From NCBI RefSeq assembly GCF_009914755.1, contig NC_060933.1: 64,000 nucleotides of DNA; one strand, written 5' to 3'. Position 1 is the first letter of the stretch; every line of letters begins with the position of its first letter. The DNA is from the human T2T-CHM13v2.0 reference genome, Homo sapiens. Under the pieces are notes generated by a model, which had not been told where the DNA came from, did not search any database, and saw only the letters and a list, made by a program, of their open reading frames with translations. The translations under genes and the position numbers were made by a program. Of this stretch, positions 28,285 through 41,620 are shown piece by piece.

Positions 28285-29621
28285 TACAACTGTTTTGGTA
28301 GTTTGTCAGTAACTACCAAAGCTGGACATACATATAGCTGATGAGTAGCAATTTCACTTTTAGGTTTCACTTTTATGATACCCTAACAGAAATGTGCATA
28401 TATGGGTTTCATAAAACATCACCAGGAATGTTCACAGCAGCATTACTTGTAATAGCCAAAAACTGTAAACTCTCATTTTATATTAAGAAGTCAAAAAGAA
28501 CCAAACAAACTGTAAACAACTCAAATATCCATCATCAGTTGTAGGGAAAATAAAGAAATTGTGGTACATTTAGTCAATAGAATACTCTTCAACAATGAAA
28601 ATAAATGAACTATAGCTACAGGTAACAACATAAATGAAATATTAAGTGAAAGAAACCAGACACAAAACAATACATGTTGTACAAAGTTCAAAGTAATCAA
28701 AACTAATCTACAGCAATAGAAGGCAGAATAGTGGTGCTTTGGGAAGCGTGTGTTAATAAATGGGAGGGGCATGAGGGGCTTTCTAGTGATAGTCTATTTC
28801 CTGGTCTAAGTGGATGTGAAAATCCATCCAACTGTACACTTAAGCCATACTTAAATGTATATCATACTTGTTAGGTAATTAATATTGTTTAATTAAAAGC
28901 TGGGGTGATTGATAGAGAACCCCAGACAGGTTTGTAACCCCAGAACTAAGGGTGTGGAGATTTGCTCCAGTGATCATCAGGAATCTTAGGGGAACATGGC
29001 CTTGTAGGTGTCTTGAGCTCCATGGGCCAACCACAGTAGAGGAGATGAACAGGTGCAGCGTGTTCAGGTACAGAGCACAAGGATAGTATCGCATCACCCC
29101 TTCCAGCAATCCTCACCTGCATGTGCTTCTGAGGAGATCGATATATTCTCTTGAGCTCTGCTGGGGGTACTCAGGGATGCTGGAAAGGCCAGTAGAGTGT
29201 AAGAGGCCTCGAGTCAGGTTGGAGAGCTCTCTGAGAGGGGTGAGCTTGTAACTGGAGACCATGGCACACACAATGAGCATTGATAGTGCACACAGTTTGG
29301 GCAGAGATCAACACCCAAAGAGCAACAGGACAAGTCCCCTTCACAAGGGCCAGTGAGCATCTGGAAGAAGCACAGCCAGGCACCCACCCTCTAAAACCAT
29401 GATGTCATGTGGGGCCCCCAACTCCCAGACACTGTGCTAAGGATGGGGGAAGAAGGGGTAGACTTGGCTCTGGGATATATGGATGTGTGAGGAAAGGACC
29501 ACAGCCAAGTCCCAACTCTCTTGTTCTCTTCTCCCCATCTCCCAACACTCTCCTCCTATCTAGGAAATGTGTTTATTTCCTACTCTTACTCATATCCTGC
29601 ATTCTACCTGCTCAGAAGTTT

Positions 29622-29737
29622 ATGAAAAAGCACCATACTATAAATCTTTTCTTCTCCCAAGAAAACTTTGTTTTTGAGAATGAAAAAGCACCCTACCATA
29701 AATCTTTTCTTCTCCCAAGAAAACTTTGTTTTTGAGA
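29622..29737. repeat. Tandem duplication, 2 x 58 bp
   Basis: Units start at 29622 and 29680 and differ at 2 positions. Confidence 0.95.
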
Positions 29738-30014
29738 ATAAAATTCTTGATTTTCACAGTTTTAAGATCCTAAATTGGAAGTTAAAGTTTGAACTGATAT
29801 CTTTCTCTTTGCACTCCAGCTCTAAAAATCCTTCGTCTCCTCAAGACAATGAACCTCTGGCTGAAAAGGATATATTTGATGTTCAAAAAAGTGAGAGAAA
29901 AAAACACATTAAAATACTTTAAAATGTTATCTTGTCACATTAACTTTCATACTCCTTCAATAATAAGCAACAATAACATAAAGTAAACCTTTTACACAGC
30001 TGGAGTTTTTGCTA

Positions 30015-30106
30015 TTAGATTGGTGCAAAAGTAACTGTGGTTTTCGCCATTACTTTTTCCTGTAAAGTTCCTGATGATAACCATGATTACTTTTGCACCA
30101 TCCTAA
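30015..30106. mobile_element. MADE1 (Hsmar1-derived MITE) with expanded loop
   Basis: TA|TTAGATTGGTGCAAAAGTAA...TTACTTTTGCACCATCCTAA|TA, i.e. TA TSDs and inverted ends. Confidence 0.9.
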
Positions 30107-31436
30107 TAAAATGGTGACACAGTAGGTGTCACCTTTTTGCCACACAAAGTAGGTGGCATTGAGCAGTATGGAGCCTAGAACGAGGAGGGTGATCTTCCAG
30201 TTTTCCATTGTCCTGTGGCCAGGTTTTTGTTTCACATGATAAGTGGGTCATTTATAAGCGCAAGTGTGTTCAGGTACTGACAAAGAATAGAGGTGTATTG
30301 ACACCACGATGTATAGAGAATAGTTGAAGAAGCTGTATATTTTAGCCTTAAAAAGACCTCAAGGCAACAGATCAGTTAACTTCAAATATCTAATAGGTTG
30401 TCCCTTCTTAATATTTTAAATTATACTTGCACATGTATTTTGGTTATGTCACTTCTTGTCTATTTTTGAATAAGGATGAATAGGTAATATATTTCCAAAC
30501 AAATACAATACAATTCAATTCCTTACGTTGATCAGATGGACCAGTCTAACATAGTATCATCCTGTACTGTTACATCCCAGCTTTGCTCCACTTTGTTCCA
30601 TTCCTTCCATTAAGAGTTGCTTGTCCCTGGCATCCTGCTGTACACTTTAACATTTCCACATGGAATATCCCTCCTTCACAGGGAATTGTATGTCAGGTGG
30701 GGGTGTTGGTGGTGGTCAATGTTTTTGAAACTATTTCATCACGAATGCCTATACTGGGAACAGTTATACAGCTTCATATTTAAACTTCAGTCTATTTTAC
30801 CTATTTTATCTCAGGTAAGAAGCAGAGTCCTATTTAGGAAAGAGAAATTTGTTTTGTATCAAAACTCAGTCACTCATACTGCCACACATTTTAAAGCCTA
30901 ATTAGTCTCTTATTTTAGAGCCTAAGGCAACAATGAGATCTGAAAGGCCCTTAGATATACTGCAGCTGTGGCTAAAAAAGAGGTTTCGAGCATATTATTC
31001 ATTCATTTGTTCATCTATACATTATTGTACAGGCATTTATTGTGTATTAGAGACAGCGTTAGATGTGGGGGGGAAATAACAGTGACTAAAACACAAGATC
31101 TCTGACCTCCTTACCATTCTTTCGGTGCTGAGATCATTTCCTTACTCTTTCATCTTTTTTTGTTTTGAGCTTATTTGTGGTTTCCCCTAATTATCAGCTC
31201 TTAAGAAATGATTGGAAGCCCAGATTCCAATTTCATGCAAGGCACATACATTGGATGAGACCGGCCATATGCCTCAATTGGCACTTATTTCTTTTGTCAA
31301 GAAATGATTTGTTATGCCTTTAATAGAGATTTAAAAAATAGATGCAGTTTTTCCAAATCTCTATTACACATAATGGAGAATTTTCTAAAGCTCATTAGTG
31401 AAATGAACACTGGGCAGTTGACACTGAGTTTGGGCA

Positions 31437-31547
31437 TAGGGATGCCAGATTGAATACATTATTTGGGACATACTTACTAAAGATTGCTTGTTTATCTGAA
31501 ATTCAAATTTAATTGGAAAATTTTCCCCCTAAATTTTTGCAATCTTA
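31437..31547. mobile_element. Internally deleted MER53
   Basis: TAGGGATGCCAGAT end, right-arm text 'tgtttatctgaaattcaaatttaa', and an 8-bp TSD with one mismatch (TTTGGGCA/TTTGGACA). Confidence 0.75.
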
Positions 31548-33459
31548 TTTGGACATCATAAATTTTATAAAGTAGATTAGGTCAGCAATTCATCTTTCAG
31601 TAGAATCCGGGCTATGTTTCCAAACACTGCCATCCAGAATTGCATATAAAAGAAGGCTGGAGGTCCTTTCGTATCTGAGAGAATTCTATCTCAACCTTAC
31701 TGAAAAGTCACTGTGAGACTCCTTAAATGGAGAGTAACACAGGCATTAGAAAGGATGCAAAACATTCAAGAACCAGGGGCCTCTCGAGGGCCTGCCTATA
31801 TTCGAGGCTGGAATGAAACTCATGAATGTGAAACTGCTCTGTAGAGGGCATGACAGTTCTTCAGGTGAATCTCTGGGTTCATGGCATAAACACTCCTTTA
31901 TATAATGTTTATCTCAAAGACTAGAACAGTTCCAAGAGAACTCCTCTCCCTTGCCAAGAAAAATCTATTTTTAAAAACTCTTATTACAAAAAAACCCTAT
32001 TTAAATATCATGGCAATAATCCCTGAGGAAAGGTGTAGTATTATAAAGAAAATTGTAAAATAAAAAGATTCAGGAAGAACTCTTAGGAAAATTTCTCTCT
32101 CTTCCCAGCTGAGACTTCCTGAACTCACATACCCAAATGACTCCAAAGAAATTCAGTATTTAGTATTTTTAAGTTATTTGTACATGAATATTTTACAAGG
32201 ATTTTAAGAACAGATGTTCTCATATTACCCCTCTTGCAAATTTTCAAAATAGTCTTCTAAAATATCTTTAATATTCCAAAGTGCTTAACCTTTGTTCTGA
32301 GGTAATTACAGGTAAACACCTCATTACTCACTGGGCGGGTTTTTCAAGAATGTTTCTAAATCATGCAATCATCAAATGTCTCCAGCACCTGGTAGAGTCC
32401 ATCAAAGAGTGGGATGAGGATTTATTCAACACAAATGCCCAGTGATGTCACTGACAGTAGTTGATACTTCTTTGAAAATTCCCTGATGACCCAGCTTCAC
32501 ACAAGAATTGAAAGGCAGAGAGTGAAACCAGCCATGGATGATAAAAAGGCAGGAGAAACTAGGGATGATTAGGCTGCAAAAGACATAGAAGGAAGACAGA
32601 GGGCTTCCATTCAAACCTTGAAGTGCTATTAGAGGAAGAAGGGATTGGGTTGGTTGTATGTGGCCCTAAGCAAGGACATGCAGCAGAAACTGAAGGAAGG
32701 TAGATTTCAGTCGATGCTGTAGAAGCTCCTCAAATGATGAGAGTGCCCAATTCTCCACTATATTTAGGGGGACTATATATCAGCAATGCTATACCTGCAG
32801 GGGAACTGGTCTAGATGGAGCCTACCTTATCAACTCTATGATTCTGTGGTTCACAAAATTTAGCAAGAGTGAAGGCAGAATGTGCTGCTTCTAACCCCAG
32901 GCATTGGGGATTTCTATTTGAACTTGAATCTCAGCTCTAGCCGAGTGAACTTGGATACATTGCTGAGGCTTAGATCTTCTAAGAACAGCAAAACATTGTG
33001 GTGAGGATTGAATAGCGTATCAATAATGCCTGGCATCTACCAGGTGCCTAAAAAATGCCTTGTTAAAAAAAAAAGTAAATAAAGAAAACTATTTCACCTG
33101 GGCTGGGCTTTGTGTTTCTGAGGTCTGAGCTTTCTCTGATAGATTCACAAGCACACCTGTGGGAGAAAAGCAGGCCATCCCAAAGTTTAGTGGGGTTGAA
33201 GAGGTAAGTAGTCTGACCCCCAGTAGATTCAAGAGGAGGTGATTGCAGATTTCACAATGGGTAGATGACTGAACCAGCTGTGGCATTGCATCTTTGGGGC
33301 TATAGGGCATGAGAGTACGTGAAAAGACTGGGTACTAAAAGTTATGGCCTTTCCTTAAAGGCCAGTTTCGGCTTTTAGACACTGGGCAAGCAAGACTCTT
33401 CTGCAGGAAATAGTAGCAGCACTAGACAGCTGGTGGGATGCATGGTATGGATCATGCTG

Positions 33460-34385
33460 GCACTGGATGGATGGTAGAGACTCTGGATGGATGGTGGGGA
33501 CACTGCATAGTGGGGTATACTAGTAGATAGAAGGGGCACTGGATGGGTGGTAGGGGCACTGCACAGTGGGGGATACTAGACAGATGGAGGGGGCACTGGA
33601 TAAATGTGGGGGGCACTGGATGGATGGTGGGGTCACTGGATGGACGATGGGATCACTGGATGGACGATGGGGTCACTGGATGGAAGGTGGGGTCACTGGG
33701 TAGACGGTGAAGTCACTGGATGGATGGTGGGGTCACTGGATGGATGGTGGGGTCACTGGATGGATGGTGAGGTCACTGGATGGATGGTGGGGTCACTGGA
33801 TGGATGATGAAGTCACTGGATGGATGGTGGGGTCACTGAATGGATGGTGAAGTCACTGGATGGATGTTGGGGTCACTGGATGGATGGTGGGGTTACTAGA
33901 TGGATGGTGAGAGCACCGGAAGGATGGTGAGAGCACTAGATGAACAATGGGGGTTACTGGATGGATGGTGGGATCACTGGATGGAAGGTGAGGGGCACTT
34001 GGTGAATGGTGGGAGTCACTGGGTAGATAGCAGGGCACTATATAATGGGGGATACTGGATAAATGAAGGGGGCACTGAATGGGTATGGGGGGTATTGTAT
34101 GGACAGCGGAGTCACTGGATGGATGGTGGGGACACTTGGTGGATGGGGAGTCACTGGATGGAAGGTTGGGGCACTGGATAGATGGTGAGAACACTAGATG
34201 GATGAACGGGGGGATGGATGGAAGGTGAGGAGTACTAGATGAATGGCAAGGGTCACTGGATGGATGGTAGGGGCACTGCATAGTGGGGGATGCTGATTAA
34301 ATGGAGGGGGCACTGAATGGGTGTCGGGGGCACTGGATGGGCAGTGAGGTCCCTGGATCAATGGTTGGGGCACTGGATGCATGGC
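33460..34385. repeat. G-rich minisatellite, ~20-bp unit GGATGGATGGTGGGGTCACT
   Basis: Homogeneous core at ~33618-33897 with degenerate flanking units. Confidence 0.95.
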
Positions 34386-35621
34386 GGGGGACTAACTTCA
34401 GTGTCCGTGCAGGAGTAGGGACAGTCATGGTCACTCCAGCTGAGAGCTGTAGGGGGCTTTTCCTGCCTAACAACATTTTCAAAATGTGTAAGCCCTTGAG
34501 GTTTTTGTACGATCTGGGGGAGGGGAGGGAGTCATGAGAGTAAGATAGTGCTCTCCTCTGCCTTTGGTGGATGGGACCAGGAAACAGTTCTAATTTAGTT
34601 TGCAAAATAAATGAAGGAGGTCTTCCTTGCATCCTTGGAATATGGAGCTCTTTGGACTGCCAAGGTCATCTTTGCTTCTCCCTGGCCCTTTCTCTCATCA
34701 GTGCTCTCTCTTCGCCTTCCTCTCAGCCTCACGCCTCAGTACACTCCCTCTTCCTCCTCCTCCCTGCAGACTGCAGGCATCTGTCTTGGAGCTGCATTTA
34801 CAGACTATTTTCTCTTTTTCCTTTTTAATATTAGAGAAGGTTATGAAAACATGAAGGAGGAGATTTATTTTGTTATGATACTGACTTTTTGTCCTTACAC
34901 AGTTAAAAAACATAAACAGAGTAAAGCACTTTACCAGCTTAGGCCTTAGTTGCAATCTCTTTAAAATGCAGGGGTTAGAATCTCTAACAGCCTTTCTAGT
35001 TCAAAAGTCTTGTGATCTTTGATATAGTTGGGAAGTACTATTCAGTCATATTCACACACCCAGTGATAGACCTGGAGCCGTGGTGATGCCTTTGGCTATC
35101 CTAACTTGTGTAGCTGACCTGCCCATGCTAAGGGCTCACCCTAGGAAGAAGGCCTGTGGGCCTGGGAGAGAGGCAGGTTTTACTCCCATACTCAAAAGCA
35201 CTGCAGGAGAGAGTGTTTCCTAACTTCAAATTGCTCAAAGACATGAAGCTCAGGGTCAGCCTCACCTCTCGATTTGCAGCTTCATGGAAGACCTATTCGA
35301 AGTAAAATATTAAAACATTTTTGTTTTTAACACGTAATCACCAAACAGTGTAATCAAATACTCTTCTGGTCTTTTCCTCTCTCTATAAGAATCCTTAATA
35401 TCTTTGTGCATAAAATGGGGGTAATTGCTTGTGGGATTATTGGAAAGACTGAATGAGATAAGGTATAAAATGTACCGCTCAAGGATTTTGTGAATAGGAG
35501 CTTCTTCGTAGAAGCTATTGCCAGTAAATCCCATGCTCTTATACCTCCTGTTTTGTTTACATCAGCAACAGGTCATGACTATCCTCCCTCATATTCCTCA
35601 GGGTCCTGAAAGTATCTTTTT

Positions 35622-35933
35622 GTTGTTGTTGTTTGTTTGTTTGTTTGTTTGTTAGAGATGGAGTCTCGCTCTGTCACCAGGTTGGAGTGCAGTGGCGCGA
35701 TCTCGCTCATTGCAACCTCCAACTCCCTGGTTCAAGTGATTCTCCTGCCTCGGCTTCCTGAGTAGCTGGGGTTACAGGCAGGTGCCACCATGCCCGGCTA
35801 ATTTTTGTAATTTTAGTAGAGACGGGGTTTCACTATGTTGGCCAGGATGGTCTCGATCTCCTGACCTCATGATCCACCCACCTTGGCCTCCCAAAGTGCT
35901 AGGATTACAGGCGTGAGCCACCGCGCCTGGCCC
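35622..35933 (-). mobile_element. AluSc with (TTTG)n tail
   Basis: Contains 'ggatggtctcgatctcctgacctc' and 'gtcaccagg'; TSD AAAGTATCTTTTT. Confidence 0.88.
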
Positions 35934-36419
35934 AAAGTATCTTTTTTTGCGAAACCAGATTTCTCAGCCACGAGCACAATGAGTCCAGGGGATCATCAAC
36001 CCAGTGATCCATTTCTTTGGAACTCTACTTGCATGATTTTCCATATTTAATGACATTCCACCAGCAGGATAAACATACACGCAAGGTTGAATCATCTTTC
36101 CTTTCCCCTTGGATCAGGAACCCAAGAAAACAGATGCAGGAAGCAGGTGGGAACGCTGGTGAGCAGGATGTTGCTTCTGCCATGCTTCTACTGCTCAGCG
36201 GCCCCAGCGGGGATGTGGTGGGAGGAATGAGGGGGCTCTTCAGCTATCTGGGGGCTCATCTCAATAATATACAGCAGGTCTTCAGACAAGGGACACAGTA
36301 TGGGCTGCCTAAAATAGCTCTCCCAGAAGCTTTCAATCAAGGCCAGAAAGCAGCAGTTTCCACAGCAGCAGTCGAGAGGGTTTTGGGAGAGCCACACCAC
36401 ACTGCTGTTTTGTTTAGAG

Positions 36420-36962
36420 CAGGGGTGTTCAATCTTTTGGCTTTCCTGGACCACAATGGATGAGGAATTGTCTTGGGCCACACATAAAATACACTAGCAC
36501 TAACGATAGCTGATGAGCTTAAAACAAATACATTGCAGAAAAATCTCATAATGTTTTAAGAACGTTTACAAATGTGTGCTGGGCTGTATTCAAAGTCATC
36601 CTAGGGGCTGGGCGCGGTGGCTGACGCCTGTAATCCCAGCACTTTGGGAGGCTGAGACAGGCGGATCACGAGGTCAGGAGATCGAGACCATCCTGGCTAA
36701 TACGGTGAAACCCCATCTCTACTAAAAATACAAAAAAAAATTATCCGGGCGTAGTGGCGGGCGCCTGTAGTCCCAGCTACTCGGGAGGCTGAGGCAGGAG
36801 AATGGCGTGAACCCGGGAGGCGGAGCTTGCTGTGAGCGGAGATCGCGCCACTTGCACTTCAGCCTGGGCGACTGAGAGAGACTCTGTCTCAAAAAAAAAA
36901 GAAAAGAAAAAAAGTCATCCTAGGCTGCATGTGGCCTGTAGGCTGTGGACTAGACAAGCTTG
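36420..36962. mobile_element. MER30 (hAT-Charlie MITE) interrupted by an AluY
   Basis: CAGGGGTG...CAAGCTTG ends with a perfect 8-bp TSD GTTTAGAG (36412-36419, 36963-36970). Confidence 0.9.
36606..36910 (+). mobile_element. AluY
   Basis: Contains 'ggatcacgaggtcaggagatcgagaccatcctggctaa' and 'gaatggcgtgaacccgggaggcggagcttgc'; 14-bp TSD AAAGTCATCCTAGG. Confidence 0.95.
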
Positions 36963-38769
36963 GTTTAGAGATTCAGGACACATGGACAATGAGGGAAATT
37001 CTATAGGAACCTATACAATTTGGCTGCCAAGGGAGAGAACTAACACACATCTGGCAAGTGTATTCTGGCTAGAGGAGGAGAAGGGGTCCCCAGAGAATAT
37101 CTCTTTGAGCACTTTTAGGGGATAGAAGGGTTTCCAGATCGGATGAAAGAAATGACAAAAAAGAAAATTAAAGATGAGGAGACCTCCAAAGAGATAAACA
37201 GAAATCAAAGTGTGGAGAGGGGCAAGTGGAAGAACATGACATTTAAAAATGTATATACAGATACCCTCACCTTATTTCATAGCAGGCCTTGAAGACATTT
37301 ATAGAAGCATACACAATACAGAAGGATAATACATAAATGAAAGGATTTGGGTTTCAAAAGGCTTTTGAAACTTCTGGCTAAAGATGGCAGCATAAAGGCA
37401 TTTGTAATTCTTGTCTCTCCTTAGAAACACACTGAAAACAAACATGAATAAAACAGAGGGAAAGAAAACTCTTCCTATTTAGTGGAACAAGGAAAAGGCC
37501 ACAGCCCCAAACCACAAACTATGAACCACACCGTGAAATCTGGAGAAAAATGAGAGAGGAATAGGGATCACCTCAGGGCTTGAGCAGGGAAGATTTCTCT
37601 AAATGTGAGTGCTTCCATCCCGAAAGGAGCCTTTGATTAGAATGACCCGCTCTAAGGCTGGATGGGCCACTGGGTAGATAGGAATGTCCCTGTGGAGGAC
37701 CAACGCGTCCTAGAGAACATCTGGGAAGTTGGAGCTAAAGGTGAAATCCACCATTTCCATTTTCCGAGATCAACTCCTGGTTAAGAGCAATGGCTAGAGT
37801 CGAGATGGGTGATCAAGTCTTGGGAAGCAGAATTTGCTATTTGCCAGTGAGCCTGTAATTTAAAAGGACTTGCTGTGAACACCATGGACCAAACATTGCA
37901 GGAAAATAAGCATCCAGTGTAAAGGAAATAATGGCTTTGATGAAACAGGGTCAGAGACAAGAAACCTAACCCAAAGTTTCAGACTCTTCCAGCTCACTTC
38001 TGCTCATCTCCACATGAATCTTCAATAAACAGCTAATGGCATCCAAAGCCAATAAGAAACACAGAAGAACCCACACGGGGTTAGGTATAGGTCCTGCGAA
38101 GAAAGGAGGCAGATGACTTACGAGGGGGCACAGCATAAGGAACATCTTGAGTATGTCTGAAACATCCAGGATGCTTCACACTGGTGTGTCATCTAGTGGT
38201 GACAAATGAAAACATTATTTCGGTTGTGAAAAAAAACAGACTTGGTTGTGGACTTGAGTTAGCCAAGTAAATATTTTCTTGGCAGTGTACAACATCAGTG
38301 CAAAATGCCTATTACACATTCACTATAATTACAGCATTCAATTAGCATTCTCAATGATCGCCTTGGGCCCGGTGGTGGCTGAGACTTGGGAGGTGTGAGC
38401 TCTGCCTTATATTTTTGCTTGGAAACTGCGAATATTTGAATTTGGAGATTTGATATGGAAAAACTGGTGTAGAGAATAGAAGGCGGATGTGAGCTGTGGC
38501 AGGTTCACATCACAACTCGTTGCCCAAACTTTTCAGTGAAACTGATCTTACTAAGTTAAAAAAATCAGTTTCCAATCCAATAGACACTTTGAATTATTAG
38601 TTTACTCAATATATTTATGAGGAATATAGGGTTTGGACCATCCTTTTCCTCTGCAGAGGATTAGAAAGGTAATCTAGAAGGAAAGATGTATGTAGCAAAC
38701 ACATTATACCTCTTCTAAACACAGGGGGGCAATGATTAATTGAGTACCTCTTATGAGCAATTTGTGGTT

Positions 38770-38910
38770 ATTTGTTAAGTATATAACCACTCTGTGAAAA
38801 AGGTGGCATTATTTCCATTTTACAGGTGAGAAAACTGACTCAAAGAGGCTAAATAATTGGTTCAAGATCACACAGCTAGCAACTGGAGGAGCTGGGATTC
38901 AAACCCAATT
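38770..38910 (-). mobile_element. MIR
   Basis: 'ccattttacaggtgagaaaactgactcaaagagg...caagatcacacagctag'. Confidence 0.75.
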
Positions 38911-38914
38911 CTTA

Positions 38915-39253
<339 letters not shown>

Positions 39254-39277
39254 TTAGCATCAAGAGTCAGAATATGA

Positions 39278-39569
39278 GGCCGGGCTCAGTGGCTCACGCC
39301 TGTAATCCCAACACTTTGGGAGACCAAGGCAGGAGGATTACTTGAGCCCAGGAGGTCTGGACCAACCTGGGCAATGTGGCAAAACCCCGTCTCTATAAAA
39401 AAGACATGAGCTAGGCGAGATGCTGCATGCTGTAGTCCCAGCAACTTGAGAGGCTGAGGTGGGAGGACCACTTGAGCCCAGGAGGTCAAGGCTGCAGTGA
39501 GCTGTGATTGCATCACTATACTCCAGCCTGGGTGACAGAGTGCCACTCTGTCTCAAAAAAGAAAAAAAA
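39278..39569 (+). mobile_element. AluJ
   Basis: J-type 'cttgagcccaggaggtcaaggctgcagtgagc'. Confidence 0.9.
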
Positions 39570-40331
39570 TAGTCAGAGTATTGGAGCATTCCTCAGTCAG
39601 AAGTGCTTCTTAAAAGAAATCAACCTACTTAAAAACTTTAATGGAGTCCAAAACAGAAATCTGAACATAAGCATTTTACTGTATTTTCATGCATACAAAA
39701 TCTCATCAAAATGGCCAAAGGAATATAATAAGAGAGAAAAAAATAAATGTGCAGGCAAATAGGGAAGGGTGCTATCCACTCCCTAGAAATGACAAGCACT
39801 TTCTGCAGATTGCAGTGAAGATGTATCTGGATAGGAGGGGTGGTGGGCTGATCAGGAACACCTGATCACATGCCATTAACACCTGCTCACTTGTGCATGG
39901 GTGGAGATGAAGGTGGCCCATGGGACCACTAGAAGCTTATTTGAGCAAGAAGTAGGTCAAGGTGCACCCTCTTGCCTCACATGGGCCTGCATGGAGACCT
40001 GTTGAGGCAAGGTCCCCATTTTTCATCAGCCTTTAACATAGGCGGTGCCCAGCACCAGGAAGTGGCAGAGTCAGGGCTTGAATCTGCTCTGGAATTCAGA
40101 ACATTTACAGCTGGGAGGCTGACCATTTACCCAAATGGTGTTGAGGACACCGAGATAATTGGGAAGCATCCTTACCTTCCATGAGTCTCAGTCTTTTGTG
40201 GGATGCAGAGTAAACTGAGCTATGACAAATGTCAGGGAAGCCCCCAGGGGCATGGAAAGCTCAGAACAGAGAGTGATTCTGTGTTTAACATAGAAAAGGA
40301 GCAACTTCAGAAAAGGTGATGTTGCTGGACC

Positions 40332-40540
<209 letters not shown>

Positions 40541-41329
40541 GGACTTTAAGGTTACCGGGTAATTGTTGACCTATGGGGGCAGGTGTGGCTCAGAATATAT
40601 GGAAGTATATGAGGAAGAGAGGAGTGGATGGGATGATGGGAGAACATTCTTGGGAAAATGGAAGAGACTGCTCACCCCCTGCCACACACACTCACACACC
40701 CGAGGGGGCACGCTTCCAGTCCCATGAGGAAAGTTTGCTGAAAGGTGCCTGAGGTGCCTGAGCAGGGGAGTGGGTGGGACAGTGTTCTCCCATGAATGTC
40801 TTAGAATGTTCTGGGATATTCCTGGGTGCTCTGGCAGGAATCATCATGAGGGTAGTTCAGGGAAGAGGGAGGGATTGCTGCTTTTTAATGGCAGCAGGAA
40901 ACTCCCTGCCATTAGAGAGGATAATGTGGCTTTATACTTGTGTCTAAGGTGGCCATCCAATTATGCCACATCCCTGGGTCTCAGCTAAGAAGACTGAGAA
41001 GTAAAACAATTATGTTGGTACAGGCTAGTACTCACTGAACATCAGCTTCCCCATCTGCAGACTGGAGCGAGGTAAAAGTTCTCCCATCATGCAGTGACTG
41101 TTAGTAAAGAGCCTGGAATATACAGTATAAACTTAGCAACAATAAATGGAATCATTATTTTTTTCAAGTTATCCCTATTCCAAGTTCAGTGCTTCTTTCA
41201 CTAGTCACCAATGACCTCTTCTGGAAAAGCAAACAGAGAAGCAAACAATTTTAAATTTAATTTGTACAACATGTTAAAATTTGTTGGTTGCATTCTTCCT
41301 ACATCCTTGGGCAAGCTTTCTCAAGCGTT

Positions 41330-41620
41330 CTCATGTTAGTGTTTAGTACATGTTGTTCCCTCTGCCTAAAACCCCTTTCCTCATCATTTCCCCAATTGAC
41401 TTCAACATTCAGTTCAGCTGTCACCTGTGCCCCTGCCTCTGGTCTGCATGTCCCTCTTCTGATATACCTCTAACATGCATACCCTCACCCTGGATTGTAA
41501 CCACTGGGACATCTGTCTCTCTTACTAGATCATGAGCTTCTGAGGATAGGGGCTGTGTTTTATTTCCTTCTATCTAGTTCCTAGCATGTAGTAAACCCAA
41601 ACAAATGTTTGTTGAAGATC
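41330..41620 (+). mobile_element. L2 3' fragment
   Basis: 'tgttccctctgcctaaaacccc...gagcttctgaggataggg...caaatgtttgttgaa'. Confidence 0.6.

Noticed and set aside
33604-34382. Periodic W/G/D/H and P/S/H-rich ORFs, and a superficial CRISPR-like periodicity
   Set aside because: Products of the 20-bp minisatellite. There are no unique spacers or cas genes, and the context is eukaryotic.
36017-36463. 148-aa ORF that reads protein-like
   Set aside because: Starts at TTG, runs into MER30 and matches no family I recognise. A BLASTP/PhyloCSF check would settle it.
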